From: a virus
Lineage: Duplodnaviria > Caudoviricetes
Reading direction: 5' to 3' (one strand)
Length of the DNA stretch: 64,000 nt
Virus record (IMG/VR): IMGVR_UViG_3300022917_000008
Span: 1-64,000 of that record
Made by a program: the position numbers and the translations under genes. The notes under the pieces are model-generated. The model was not told where the DNA came from. It searched no databases and worked only from the letters and a program-made list of their open reading frames with translations. This document shows, one piece after another, positions 9,631-20,276 of the stretch; within the stretch, counting starts at the first letter, position 1, and every line of letters begins with the position of its first letter.

Positions 9631-11520
9631 CTATTTCACTTCACATGCACCACCAGCACAAGCTAGCTCTCCCTTTAAGTCAGTAGTATCATCTAGTTCT
9701 ACTACCTTAGTTAGATCAATGCTGGTAAGGTGCTTCGCTTTCTCTTCATATTCTTCTTTAGTAATACTTTCAAATGGTGCTTGTACATAGGTGCCATTAT
9801 CGTATGGGAGAACACTAAGGCCATTATACACTTCCTTATTGTTCCACATCCATTCTCCAACTACTTCCCACTCATTCTTACTCTCATATGGTAGGTTACT
9901 AGAGTATACAGCCTTTCCATTGATAGATACAGTAGCACTAACATTATGTGTATTATCTCCATATCTATGCCCTGCTCTAACCCATTCAGTACTGATCTTC
10001 TTTACTCTTTCAAGTAAGTCAATAGCACTTTCAGTTCTTAGAATTGCTCCTTCAGGTGCTGCAATAGGAATTCTCACACATATGGTGTCATGTGGCCTTA
10101 GTTGGTCATCCTCTACTAACTCAGGATGATTGACAATCAAATAGGACGCAATGTCTTCATTCCTATTGAATCTCAATGTTCTAAGATAGTATCTGTCATG
10201 CCATGCATGTATGCCAGATGAAGTACCTAATACACAACTGGTTGTACCTGAAGGCTTTACACAAGTAACCCTAGCTGCCTGATTAATGCCTATCTGGTTA
10301 GACATGTACTCATTCATCTTCTTGGCAATCAGGGCCATCTTCTTCAGGTCATACTTGAGTATTTCTCCAGATGCAATACCAGTCATTCCTATACCTAATA
10401 GAGCATCCTTTTCTGTTGTCTTCTTCCAGATAGGTCTGAGATAATGGAAGTCTGTAAATCCAGCCTGAAGGGTTCCAAAGAAGGCTGCAGCTCCTACTCT
10501 CTCAATCAGGTCTGTCTCATCCTCTATATCAGACACATTTATTTCACAGAGATTACAAAACTGGTATGGTCTTAGTCCAATCTCACAACAGGGATTTGTT
10601 CCCCAATCTGAGTTGTTACTGAGATAAAAACCAGGTTCTCCACTCCCACTTAATTCAATCTTTTTCCACAGTTCAAAGAATTCTTCCTCTTCAATCCTAC
10701 TCCTTACTATGACAGCACTATTGTTAGCCCTGCCTCTTTGCTCATTCAATTCCCACCAACTACCATACTTACATGTCAGCATCTCCTCATCATCAAATGA
10801 GAATAGGGCAATCATAGCTGCTCTTCTAATGCCTCCTGCCAGCACTGCATTTGCAATGTGACAGAGTATGTCATGGCACTCAATGGGACTCAACTTTTCT
10901 CCATTCTTCTTCCTGTCTAGTATCTGCTGTACTTTAAACAGACACTCTTTAAGTGGCTCAGGACCAGGTGCTTTACCACCAGCAGTCACAAGCCTCGCCC
11001 CTTTAGGTCTAATATCCCTCAAATCAAAGAGTGGAAGGGGCCCACCATCTAAATAGGCTTTCATCAATGCTTTTACAGCATCAGCCCAACCTTCAATAGA
11101 ATCACCTACCAGGTACCTTCTTGTTTTAGTAGGTATTCTAATCTCAGGTAGTTTGTCAACATGATGAAACTGAACACTATATCCAATACCTGTTCCACCT
11201 AGTAGTAGGAACATAGCTTCACTGAATGAATGAAGACTATCTATTGGGAAGAAGCAACAGTTATATATCCTGCTAGGAGTTCTCTCAATTGCAGGACCTG
11301 CAAATTGTAGTGCCCTCATGGATGGTAGCACCTTTTTACTCAGTATGAAGTTTATATTCTCACTGATCTCCTTAATCAGCTTAGGGTACTGCTTTACCAT
11401 CATATCCTTGTACCTCATTACTATCTCATACCAAGTCTCCCTCCTCTGTAGTTCTGGGATATACTTGGCATACTTACTGAACACTGTCAACTCTGACAAA
11501 ATTTCCAACCCTTTATCCAT
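9631..11520 (-). CDS. nrdJ: Ribonucleotide reductase, class II (adenosylcobalamin-dependent) type
   Basis: YNCC, TNPCCEI, VKPSGT, C-terminal ACAGGACEV; no beta-subunit gene nearby. Confidence 0.9.
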   Translation of the reverse strand: MDKGLEILSELTVFSKYAKYIPELQRRETWYEIVMRYKDMMVKQYPKLIKEISENINFILSKKVLPSMRALQFAGPAIERTPSRIYNCCFFPIDSLHSFSEAMFLLLGGTGIGYSVQFHHVDKLPEIRIPTKTRRYLVGDSIEGWADAVKALMKAYLDGGPLPLFDLRDIRPKGARLVTAGGKAPGPEPLKECLFKVQQILDRKKNGEKLSPIECHDILCHIANAVLAGGIRRAAMIALFSFDDEEMLTCKYGSWWELNEQRGRANNSAVIVRSRIEEEEFFELWKKIELSGSGEPGFYLSNNSDWGTNPCCEIGLRPYQFCNLCEINVSDIEDETDLIERVGAAAFFGTLQAGFTDFHYLRPIWKKTTEKDALLGIGMTGIASGEILKYDLKKMALIAKKMNEYMSNQIGINQAARVTCVKPSGTTSCVLGTSSGIHAWHDRYYLRTLRFNRNEDIASYLIVNHPELVEDDQLRPHDTICVRIPIAAPEGAILRTESAIDLLERVKKISTEWVRAGHRYGDNTHNVSATVSINGKAVYSSNLPYESKNEWEVVGEWMWNNKEVYNGLSVLPYDNGTYVQAPFESITKEEYEEKAKHLTSIDLTKVVELDDTTDLKGELACAGGACEVK

Positions 11521-11585
11521 TACTGCTTGCTTTAGAGAACAATCTACTCCTTTCTGCCATCTTCTCCAAGCTATTCCCTCTAACT

Positions 11586-12269
11586 TTATAGGTTAGTTAT
11601 TTCTCCAATTCCCAGTAATACAAACTTCACATCCTCAATGTATTCCACATTATCATCATGGAAGTGACCATAAACCCACTTCCCAGGTTTATTATCCCTT
11701 TGCACCATATAGTGGAACATAGTGTCTACAAGTGCTCTTTCATACTTCAGGTCTGACATCAGGTTAACATCACGCTCACTGAAGTGAGACACTAGTGGTC
11801 CCTTAGTTGGAGGATAACAGAATTGTGGAGCTGTGTGTGTCACAACTATGTCAATCTTGGTGCCCTCCAATGCAGATGCCAACTTGTCCACATCCATTAT
11901 GAACACTTCATCCTTCCAATAATCCCTGCCCTCAAACCTCCTTATTCTATCTACACTGACAGCACCTCCTACACAAAGAATGTTCTTGCCTTCTAAGTGT
12001 AGTACAGCATAGTCCTGCACAAGGTGTATATTAGACCATCTTCCATCATGCCTTCCATCCCACCATTTAGGGTCATCATGGTTTCCTCTGATGGCATAGA
12101 TGTGGTATCCTCTGGCCTCCCAGGACTTATTCCAATAGTCCATGGTTTGTTCATCCTTCTTGTCAAACCCCAGACCAAAGTCTCCAACCTGTATTATGTT
12201 AGTTCCCTTAGGGAATTCATACTGGTTGATAACCCTAAAGTTTCCATGAATATCCCCCAATGCTATCAC
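11586..12269 (-). CDS. Metallophosphoesterase
   Basis: GDIHG, GDFG, RGNHD, THTAP and GHFH motifs. Confidence 0.9.
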   Translation of the reverse strand: MIALGDIHGNFRVINQYEFPKGTNIIQVGDFGLGFDKKDEQTMDYWNKSWEARGYHIYAIRGNHDDPKWWDGRHDGRWSNIHLVQDYAVLHLEGKNILCVGGAVSVDRIRRFEGRDYWKDEVFIMDVDKLASALEGTKIDIVVTHTAPQFCYPPTKGPLVSHFSERDVNLMSDLKYERALVDTMFHYMVQRDNKPGKWVYGHFHDDNVEYIEDVKFVLLGIGEITNL

Positions 12270-12805
12270 AACTCATACTTTTTAGCTAGTACTCCCTTCA
12301 GCTTATCTTCTACTTCTTCAATACTTTTACAACCACTTTGGTTAATGAGTTTAAGCTCCTTGTTTATCTCTGACATGAGTGCACTTCCTGTACTCAGTTC
12401 CTTCTTACTTAGTATGGGAATGCTAGCTACGTCCTCAATTACCCTTCTTGTTAAGGTGGAGTAATGGTTCTTAATGTAAGTGTACACCTTCTTCAGCTCT
12501 CCACTTGTGCTATTTATGTGATCATTAATAGCAGTCTGCTTCTTACCCTCAAGCTGTTCATTGTGCGTCATGTGCACTGGTTGCATTACACTGTATATAT
12601 CCTTAACCATTTTGCTCTCCACTTCCCTCATAGTACCCACACTCATCCTCTTTGCCATTGTCTCAATATAGTCCTCATATATATTACCTGCCGTTGTAAC
12701 TGTGGCATTTTTATCAAGCATAGCCCAAGGTAGTGAGTTACTTGATATGTTAAAGGGAGTAGTAGTACCAGACTGGGTTATTATATCTGCATTAGAGAAG
12801 GCCAT
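12266..12805 (-). CDS. Hypothetical protein
   Basis: ORF track. Confidence 0.65.
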   Translation of the reverse strand: MAFSNADIITQSGTTTPFNISSNSLPWAMLDKNATVTTAGNIYEDYIETMAKRMSVGTMREVESKMVKDIYSVMQPVHMTHNEQLEGKKQTAINDHINSTSGELKKVYTYIKNHYSTLTRRVIEDVASIPILSKKELSTGSALMSEINKELKLINQSGCKSIEEVEDKLKGVLAKKYEL

Positions 12806-12811
12806 AAATTA

Positions 12812-14695
12812 TTATTTAGACCAGTGATCATGTACACCAACATCTGATATACATGGAATTGACTTCAACCATATTCTTCCAGCTTCTTCCATCACTTCCT
12901 TCTGTATTTGCCCCCACCCTTCTGCATAACTTTCCTCTACATAACAGAATATTGCATCATGCACTTGCAGGAACATCTGCACATCATAGGGAGCTTCTCC
13001 TATCTTCTCTCTTAGTCTAACTAAGGCTAACTTACACATCATTGCTCCAGTACCTTGGATGGGTGTGTTCTTACTAGCCCTTTCAATCTCTCCTCTTTCC
13101 TTCTTATCATTCATGTTAGCATTGTGGAACTGTCTTACGATGCTATAGGGTTTGTAGGACCTAATGAACTTGTTCCTTACACCATACTGTGCACAAGCTT
13201 CAAGGAAGTCCTTCACCTTAGGCACTAAGGAAAAGTACTTAGTAATGATAGCATCAGCTTCATCCACTGTTATGCCTAGTGTATCACTGAGTTTGTACTT
13301 GCTACCTCCATAGGCCAACATGAAGTTGATGGTCTTAGTAACATCCCTAGGGCTTTTACCCCTAAGATATACCTTAGTTGCACCCACATACACAAACTCA
13401 GGCTTACTCTTTACTTCACTAAGTGGTATACCAAAGATTAGTGCAGCTAGTTCTCCATGTAAATCCCTACCATTATTGAATGCATCTAACCACAATGGGT
13501 CTTGTGATCCTTCTGCAATAAGCCTTAACTCTTGTCCACTAAAGTCTGCCCCAACAATCTTATAACCTCTTGGAGCTGTGAAACAAGCAAGATACTCTTT
13601 TCTAGCTGGGATTTGTTGTAGGTTTGGCTCACTTGATGAGACTCTGTGCGTATCAAGTATTTGCCAAAAGTTAGTATGGATTCTTCCAGTTCGCTTGTTA
13701 ATGTAGCCAAGGAAATCTTCTCCATAAGTAGTAGTTAGTTTCTGTTCATGTTTGTAATCAAGGAACATCTTAACTAGGGGAATCCTATTCTGATACTTCA
13801 ATATTTCCTTCTCTGAGCTTGACTCCTCAGTTACTCCTACTGCTTGTAGTACCTTTAGTACTTGTACAGGACTAGTCCATTTAATGTCTGTAGGCTTCTG
13901 GTATCCACCAAACATATCCTGTTGTACAAACCTCTTACTAAATTTCTTTAGTCTGGGGTCAAGTAGAACCATAGCATCAAGCTTCTGTTCTAGCTCCTTC
14001 ATTTTACTCTCAGCCTTAGATGCAAGCTCTAACCATTTATCCACATCAAGCTGCATACCATTGTATTCAATATCAGCTAGTGTAAGTACTACTCTGCACT
14101 CAAGCTCAACCACATCTTCCACACAGAGAGTATGTATCTCTTTCTCCTGCTTCTCCTTGATGCAAAACAGGAATTCAACATCCCTCGCACCATAGACAAT
14201 GCTTGAATGGGTGAATGGCTTAGACCCCAAGCCAACAAATCTTCCCCTTTCTGTCTTATCAAGCATAGCTCCATTGCAATACTTGGCTGTAAGTCCTGCA
14301 AGTCCAAGGGTCCTCCCCTCAATACCATTTGTGAGGCAACATTCTGCCAGAAAGGTGTCATAGACTCTTTCTGTTCTCCATCCAAAGGTGAATCTAAGGA
14401 AGTTGACATCAAATTTTGCATTGTGGAATATTTTTAGCCACTTAGGAGACTCGTAGTATTTCTTGAGTCTTGATACATCCTGTCCCCTAGTGTCAATGAC
14501 GAATTGTGTATCTGCATCACCCAACTGAAGCATGATGACCTTATTACTAAAGTTCATCTCACCTTCAGTCTCAGTATCAGAGCCAAATTCAAAGTGTGTG
14601 TCCAGCCAATTACAGACATCATCTATTGTGCAAGGTATGATAGGTCCATCCTTCTCACAATACATGTCTGGCTGCCTGGACATGTAATGAATCAT
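12812..14695 (-). CDS. polA: DNA polymerase family A with a 3'-5' exonuclease domain
   Basis: ExoI DTETEG, HNAKFD, SSSEPNLQQIP, motif A DFSGQELR, motif B KTINFMLAYG, motif C VHD. Confidence 0.95.
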   Translation of the reverse strand: MIHYMSRQPDMYCEKDGPIIPCTIDDVCNWLDTHFEFGSDTETEGEMNFSNKVIMLQLGDADTQFVIDTRGQDVSRLKKYYESPKWLKIFHNAKFDVNFLRFTFGWRTERVYDTFLAECCLTNGIEGRTLGLAGLTAKYCNGAMLDKTERGRFVGLGSKPFTHSSIVYGARDVEFLFCIKEKQEKEIHTLCVEDVVELECRVVLTLADIEYNGMQLDVDKWLELASKAESKMKELEQKLDAMVLLDPRLKKFSKRFVQQDMFGGYQKPTDIKWTSPVQVLKVLQAVGVTEESSSEKEILKYQNRIPLVKMFLDYKHEQKLTTTYGEDFLGYINKRTGRIHTNFWQILDTHRVSSSEPNLQQIPARKEYLACFTAPRGYKIVGADFSGQELRLIAEGSQDPLWLDAFNNGRDLHGELAALIFGIPLSEVKSKPEFVYVGATKVYLRGKSPRDVTKTINFMLAYGGSKYKLSDTLGITVDEADAIITKYFSLVPKVKDFLEACAQYGVRNKFIRSYKPYSIVRQFHNANMNDKKERGEIERASKNTPIQGTGAMMCKLALVRLREKIGEAPYDVQMFLQVHDAIFCYVEESYAEGWGQIQKEVMEEAGRIWLKSIPCISDVGVHDHWSK

Positions 14696-14985
14696 ACATC
14701 CTGTATTAGCATAGTCAGAGGATACTTTCTCAGATATTCTTCCATTGATTGATGGAATGCACTATGATGTACTATGTGCATCTCTCCCTGTACCCAAGTC
14801 ATAAGACAAGACCAGAATGCAGCTGATGTACACACCATGTAGTTCTTATCTAAGATAGTACCAGGTCCTCCTAAGGCTAATACTCCTTCCCATGCCCTCT
14901 TCATGTCAAAGCTAGGATACAGAGAAGCTCTTATTTGTCTTATGGTCATCTTGCCTGTGTATAGGTCTTCCATCCTTTCATTCAT
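14692..14985 (-). CDS. Hypothetical protein
   Basis: ORF track; overlapping stop/start with neighbours. Confidence 0.6.
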   Translation of the reverse strand: MNERMEDLYTGKMTIRQIRASLYPSFDMKRAWEGVLALGGPGTILDKNYMVCTSAAFWSCLMTWVQGEMHIVHHSAFHQSMEEYLRKYPLTMLIQDV

Positions 14986-15560
14986 AAAGTCAATGTTTCC
15001 TTGTTTATATCACACTTCTCATAGAGTTCTGATCCTTCTGGTATTCTAGTGTCTTCTCCTAGCCTTTCCAGTAACTGGTTTCTCCAGTATTCAGTCTTAT
15101 TGAATATGTGCCAATAGGCAGTATATTCTGTTTCATATGATCCAGTGGATGTTCTTATAAACTTTCCACTAGCATCCATCTTATAATCCTTCAGCTTGAA
15201 ACAAGCCTTAAAGTCAGGACTAGTGAGAGAATAAGCCCCATTGAGGAACAATAGGTAGTCAGTACCAAACTTAGCAGGTACCTTGTATACAAGTACTACT
15301 TTATTTGCTACATCTATTGTCTCAACAAAGTTGATGCTCTTCTCCATAGCCTGCACAAAATTGTGAAACCCTAGTGTAAATTCTGAGGGTTGGAACAGTA
15401 AGAACATAACATTGAAGGGGTATTCATGCTTATCCCAATACAAGTAAGTGGTTACAAATCCAAACTCCGAGAATTGCCCTACCAATTCCTGTCTAATACC
15501 TAGACAAGGAAATAGGAATACTGTTGAGACATTGTCTGTCTTAACTCCTAACTGGCGCAT
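14982..15560 (-). CDS. Hypothetical protein (crAss-like replication block)
   Basis: ORF track. Confidence 0.7.
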   Translation of the reverse strand: MRQLGVKTDNVSTVFLFPCLGIRQELVGQFSEFGFVTTYLYWDKHEYPFNVMFLLFQPSEFTLGFHNFVQAMEKSINFVETIDVANKVVLVYKVPAKFGTDYLLFLNGAYSLTSPDFKACFKLKDYKMDASGKFIRTSTGSYETEYTAYWHIFNKTEYWRNQLLERLGEDTRIPEGSELYEKCDINKETLTL

Positions 15561-16626
15561 CTACATAGTAATTTAGTTCCCTTAAACCATTCTTCAAATA
15601 TACCTCCCTTGGGTATTTCCACCTGTTCTCCTTGATATGCCATAGCAAATCACTAACAAGTGCTTGGTATCCTTTCACTTCCTTCAGCTTTGGTCTGCTC
15701 ATGCCATACCTACCTGCGTAGTAGTCATAGGTACCCATCTGCCACAACTGAGGCCCTATACCTTTCTCATTAGTGAATGCCACTATGAATACAAAGGCTT
15801 TAATGGTGTACTCCTTCCATCCTTGTTGGTCCATAAAGTGATGCAAGGCATCAGTATAGAATGCACCTTGCAGGTCATACCTGTAGTTACCAAATGCATC
15901 TCCAAAGTCACTGCTTCCTGTAGTCTTTATGTCATAAGGTTGTACAGTCTTCTTAGTGTGGTTGACTACTACTTTATCCAGAAGTGCCTTGAACTTAAGT
16001 CCATGTTCTTCCCAATAAATAGCTAACTGATCAAACACTTCTATATGATCACCAATGAATGCCACATCAAATGGATGCACACTCTTCTGCTTGATTATAG
16101 GACCTGTGTACTCATCATCCTCTAGCATCTTAACTAAGGCCTTAGCCTTATCCTTCACTTCCTGTAGAACAATCCTCTTACCTGAGGAGTTCCTTAGTGC
16201 ATTGTAATACACAAGTCCCTCAGATTCAAATCTTGCCACTACAGTTTCAAACTTGTCTCTTTTAAAGCCTACTTCATCATAAGCTTCCTTAGCTAGTAGT
16301 CTAGTAGACCCATGATCTAAAACAGTTCCATCTTCTATGGCAATCTGCTCTAGGTTGTAGAAAGTGTCTATAAACTGCTTTAGCTGCCCACTAGGGACTT
16401 CTTTCACAAAGATGAACTGTCTATCCAGTTCAGCAGGTTGTGTCAGTAATGCGTCTACTATGGTGCCTAGTACCATAGCATCAGTAGGATCATCCTGTGG
16501 TCTTTCAATTTCACCCATAACCCACCTGTATTCCTGGTTGTAGAATACTTGTGGATTAAAGTCTAGTAATTTGAGTGAGGACTGACTAAATGCCCTCACA
16601 TTCCTGTAATCAACTGGTTGGGTCAT
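15541..16626 (-). CDS. PD-(D/E)xK exonuclease (RecE/exonuclease VIII-like)
   Basis: SQSSLK, GTIVD, KALLD...DIKTT, YDLQGAFY. Confidence 0.85.
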   Translation of the reverse strand: MTQPVDYRNVRAFSQSSLKLLDFNPQVFYNQEYRWVMGEIERPQDDPTDAMVLGTIVDALLTQPAELDRQFIFVKEVPSGQLKQFIDTFYNLEQIAIEDGTVLDHGSTRLLAKEAYDEVGFKRDKFETVVARFESEGLVYYNALRNSSGKRIVLQEVKDKAKALVKMLEDDEYTGPIIKQKSVHPFDVAFIGDHIEVFDQLAIYWEEHGLKFKALLDKVVVNHTKKTVQPYDIKTTGSSDFGDAFGNYRYDLQGAFYTDALHHFMDQQGWKEYTIKAFVFIVAFTNEKGIGPQLWQMGTYDYYAGRYGMSRPKLKEVKGYQALVSDLLWHIKENRWKYPREVYLKNGLRELNYYVDAPVRS

Positions 16627-17233
16627 TATCTGAAGATAAAATGTTGATAATCATCTTCTTATCCTTCTTATCTGCAATTTTGATGTACTTAACCCTTCCT
16701 GAATCATTGACATACTGTGCACTATCATCTTGTAGGATTCCCCAAGTTACCAGAAGGTCCTCAATGATCTTAGTGTATAACACTCCCCTATTAGACACAT
16801 CCACAGGGAATTCAGTGTCATATATGAATATCTCCATTGCTACTGGATACTCACTAGGGTTGATTGGCCTTAGTATGCTGGGGTTATGCCCCACTATACT
16901 TTTGGATAGTTCTTCTTTCAACTTGTCTACTCTGCTACTTCTTCCATGTTTTGCTATTGATCCATTCCATATCTGCTGGAAGTTAACCACCCAATACCTG
17001 GGTGTTCCAGCGGTCCTTGAATTGGCTAGAACTGGTGCCTCTGTCTTCACATTCCTTAGCACACCATCATCATCAAAGTAATACTTCTTCCTATTCTTAT
17101 AGGACTTGGGTATGTCTGTCTTTCCTCTAACTGAGGAGCCTTCCTTAACATAATACACTGCTCTCCTAGCCTTACTAATAAGGACCTTGTCTGGATAGTC
17201 AGGTATTACAATCTGCCTTAGTATTTGTCTCAT
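16610..17233 (-). CDS. Putative RusA-like Holliday junction resolvase
   Basis: DVSNR...KIIEDLL...GILQDD acidic motif pattern; start moved to the ATG at 17233 (hairpin upstream). Confidence 0.65.
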   Translation of the reverse strand: MRQILRQIVIPDYPDKVLISKARRAVYYVKEGSSVRGKTDIPKSYKNRKKYYFDDDGVLRNVKTEAPVLANSRTAGTPRYWVVNFQQIWNGSIAKHGRSSRVDKLKEELSKSIVGHNPSILRPINPSEYPVAMEIFIYDTEFPVDVSNRGVLYTKIIEDLLVTWGILQDDSAQYVNDSGRVKYIKIADKKDKKMIINILSSDNDPTS

Positions 17234-17273
17234 ATGTAAAAAGGGGTATATCCGCAAATATACCCCTTTTATT

Positions 17274-18320
17274 TTATGTGGTGATCAATGCCTTCACCTC
17301 TTCTCCAAACTCCTGTATTGCCTTGTTGCCTACTGGGGAGAGTTTCAAGTCTCCTCCCACAATCATCTTCCCTTCCTTTACATCATAAGCACCTTCCAGC
17401 ACATGCTGTAACCACTCTTCCCTTGCAGTAATAGTGGGAAACTTAGGAGCCTTGAGTGTTCTTATGATCTCCTTACCAAGGTCTTTGAAAGTCTTGATAG
17501 TAACACCAGAAGCTGCCAGTTTACTTTTCAAGTGCTTCCTGAAGTGTGGCTTTAGTTTACTCCCCTGTTCCTCCACAGACTCATCTTCCCACAACTCAAC
17601 CATACTAGAAGGTATGGCTGTGTTAGTGAGTACAAAAGCCTTAACATCAGCTACATTTTCTGCCTTTACCATCACTCCGAATAGTGGCTTGAATGTCTTT
17701 TCTTCCACAGCTTTGTGTACACTAACTGCATCTGGTATGGAAGCAAGGAACATGTAGTTGGCTAGGTATACAGGCCTGTGTTCCTCCTTAGATGTTCTTC
17801 TCATCTTGTGCATTACCCAGTTTGTTGTTACACATATGTCAGAGAACATTCCTTCCATTCCCCCTACTCCAGGGATACTACATGTATCAATGTTCCGGAT
17901 GTTGATCCTACCAGTACACATGCCAGTTACTCTACCCACTAGATGGGAGAGTGTACTCTTAATATCATTCTGTTCATCACCCACACCTAGTAGTAGTGGA
18001 ACATTGTAATGTCCTTCCTTTATAGCCTTAGTTACCATTCCTGCAAACTCTGGGTGTGATCTCCACCCTTTCACTCCATACTTCTTATCAAACTCATTTA
18101 ATGGCCTGTCAATAGATAATACCTCACCAGGTGAGAATGAACTATTTACACGAAATGCCAGGTCATACAGTGGAACATAGCCAAGTGTTCCAATAGACCA
18201 GTTTGTGAGTATATCAATGGGTTTCCTACTGTTCTCAGAATGGTAACTCAGCTGGTGTTGGAAGAACTGCTCGTTTATAAGCCCCTTCTTCTTCTTTACT
18301 TCCTTGGTTTCCATTGTCAA
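17274..18320 (-). CDS. Hypothetical protein, last gene of the Ubl operon
   Basis: ORF track; overlaps the E1-like gene. Confidence 0.7.
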   Translation of the reverse strand: MTMETKEVKKKKGLINEQFFQHQLSYHSENSRKPIDILTNWSIGTLGYVPLYDLAFRVNSSFSPGEVLSIDRPLNEFDKKYGVKGWRSHPEFAGMVTKAIKEGHYNVPLLLGVGDEQNDIKSTLSHLVGRVTGMCTGRINIRNIDTCSIPGVGGMEGMFSDICVTTNWVMHKMRRTSKEEHRPVYLANYMFLASIPDAVSVHKAVEEKTFKPLFGVMVKAENVADVKAFVLTNTAIPSSMVELWEDESVEEQGSKLKPHFRKHLKSKLAASGVTIKTFKDLGKEIIRTLKAPKFPTITAREEWLQHVLEGAYDVKEGKMIVGGDLKLSPVGNKAIQEFGEEVKALITT

Positions 18321-19038
18321 AAGTTAAATCATACAAGTAATTTGGAATGGATTTCACTATGCTAAAGGGAACATCCCTTACTAGAGGAGTACCATCCAGT
18401 TGTGACTGCCTGTTTGCAGTCCAATTGGTGAGACATCCTATTATCTCAGATGCTATGCCTAAGCTGCAATGAGTGGTTGCTTTAAGAGAACAGTTCTCCT
18501 TCTCTACTTCACTATCTGAGAACAGTGTTGCTCTATACCTCTCAGCTGTTGCTGGAGTGACTACATAGACCTGGTAGTCTTCTGCTAGTAGTCTGCCATC
18601 AATGAGTAGCATGTTTATGGGATCGAACCCATTTTGCTTATCATCAAGCCACTTCTCAAAGGCTAGTTTTCTTGCTGCCATGTTGTCTACAGCAAGTATC
18701 ACTATTTCTGTAACAGCACTGTCTTCCTCAAACATCTCATCCATTGCCATTACAACTGCATCATTTCCACTCAACTCCCTACATAGGTTTTCCACTTCAT
18801 GCACCTTATATGAACCTATAGCTCTTGCACGTAGCATCTGCCCTCCAAGGTTGTGTGTCTCAACAAGATCACTATCATAAAGGTATACTGTGGCACCTAT
18901 CCTAGTCAAACACATGGTTACCCAGCTACCTATGCCTCCAGAACCAATTACAGTGACTGGTTTGTGCTTAAAGTATTTAAGCCAAGGTGCATCTGCAAAC
19001 CTTGACCTTACGTGGTCTATTCTATCTCCCTGCCCCAT
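18235..19038 (-). CDS. ThiF/E1-like adenylyltransferase
   Basis: VIGSGGIGSW, DSDLVETHNLGGQ, AVDNMAARK, IDGR, candidate catalytic Cys in ENCSLK. Confidence 0.9.
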   Translation of the reverse strand: MGQGDRIDHVRSRFADAPWLKYFKHKPVTVIGSGGIGSWVTMCLTRIGATVYLYDSDLVETHNLGGQMLRARAIGSYKVHEVENLCRELSGNDAVVMAMDEMFEEDSAVTEIVILAVDNMAARKLAFEKWLDDKQNGFDPINMLLIDGRLLAEDYQVYVVTPATAERYRATLFSDSEVEKENCSLKATTHCSLGIASEIIGCLTNWTANRQSQLDGTPLVRDVPFSIVKSIPNYLYDLTFDNGNQGSKEEEGAYKRAVLPTPAELPF

Positions 19039-20276
19039 GGGTCTACAAATGTTACTTTATTGCCTTTTTTCTTAGGTTCCTTCTCTAATTTTCTAAGTAA
19101 GGATAGGTACGTAGGATGTGCTTTAGCTAGTGTTGCAAGGTCAGTTGCAATAGCTGAGGCATCCACTGATGCCATCACAGCAGCCAATTCACTCATCTGT
19201 ATGCCAACCCTTTGAGCAGTAACTGAGGGTTGGTACTCAGCACTTACATCCACCAACAGTTGTTGCATGTAGGTAATCCACCTTGTGTAGTGCTCAGTGT
19301 TCCTCTTCTTATGGAAGTACTCTGAGAACCATGTCAAGCCTTCTGGGAGTGAAGTAAAGAACTTATCCTTTGTATCAACTTCCAGCCTGAGCCCTTCATT
19401 GAGCCAATCAAGACAGATTTCTCTTGCTTGTTTGTAGGTGAGGGTATCACTTGGCTTTCTGTAGTATTCCTTTTTTCCCTTTCCTGGGTTTGCTGGGTGG
19501 AGGGGAAAGGTGCTTTCTTGACCTACCTCCCCTTGGTCTTCCTTTTTTGATGTGGGTGCAGCTACCTCCCTAGGCTGATTTTGTGGCCATGTGTGATAGG
19601 GCCCCTGGTATGGAGCACCATTCCAATGATAGGTGGTCTTCTTTGCAGCATCTACCTTCTCTTTGACATAATTGTACCTATCAACAAAATAAGGAGCAAT
19701 GTCTGCAGTCTCCCTGATTATGTCAAGGTCAATTACCATCATTAGCTTCTTGTTGACGCGGGATGTTTCATCCTCATTGTTACTATTCCTGTACTTGAAC
19801 TCATGTAAGCTGTCTGCAACATATGCAACCTTAGCTACATATGTACCTGCGTGATTAACTATGAGAGACAAGTAGTAGTGGTGAACGGGAGTGTTGATTT
19901 GTAGCTCATCCCAGTCCTCTCCACTAAAGAATGCTGCCATATTATGGTGGGTATGAATGAGGCCTTGCTTGAGGTTCATACAATCAGGTATCTGATCATA
20001 CATATTAAGAACCTCTTCTGCATCCATTGTAGCCTCAGTGTGACCTGCAGTGCCTATATCCATTAAGAAGAGCCTATCTGCCTTCAGGACTAGTGTACTT
20101 GGGTTACCAATGTCTCCTGCTACTTTAGTGTAGAACAGGACACCTATCCACTCTATATTACCTACCTTCTTGTGAAGGAGGTCTATCTCAGCTTGCAAAT
20201 TGTGGGATAGTATTAACTTCCCTTTATTAGTGAGTTCAAACTTATCTAGCTTCTCCAACTTTTTTACTGGTTCCAT
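19017..20276 (-). CDS. JAB/MPN metalloprotease (deubiquitinase-like)
   Basis: EWIG...IHTHHNMAAFFSGED JAMM motif. Confidence 0.85.
   Translation of the reverse strand: MEPVKKLEKLDKFELTNKGKLILSHNLQAEIDLLHKKVGNIEWIGVLFYTKVAGDIGNPSTLVLKADRLFLMDIGTAGHTEATMDAEEVLNMYDQIPDCMNLKQGLIHTHHNMAAFFSGEDWDELQINTPVHHYYLSLIVNHAGTYVAKVAYVADSLHEFKYRNSNNEDETSRVNKKLMMVIDLDIIRETADIAPYFVDRYNYVKEKVDAAKKTTYHWNGAPYQGPYHTWPQNQPREVAAPTSKKEDQGEVGQESTFPLHPANPGKGKKEYYRKPSDTLTYKQAREICLDWLNEGLRLEVDTKDKFFTSLPEGLTWFSEYFHKKRNTEHYTRWITYMQQLLVDVSAEYQPSVTAQRVGIQMSELAAVMASVDASAIATDLATLAKAHPTYLSLLRKLEKEPKKKGNKVTFVDPWGREIE

Noticed and set aside
9631-14695. Introns or inteins in RNR and PolA
   Set aside because: Both ORFs are continuous and of normal length, with no intein signatures.
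19091-19097. Extra TTCTAAG hits inside coding genes (also ~10179, ~29818, ~49820, ~61035)
   Set aside because: They lack the preceding A, lie inside coding sequence, and I saw no complementary partner strand; treated as chance matches.
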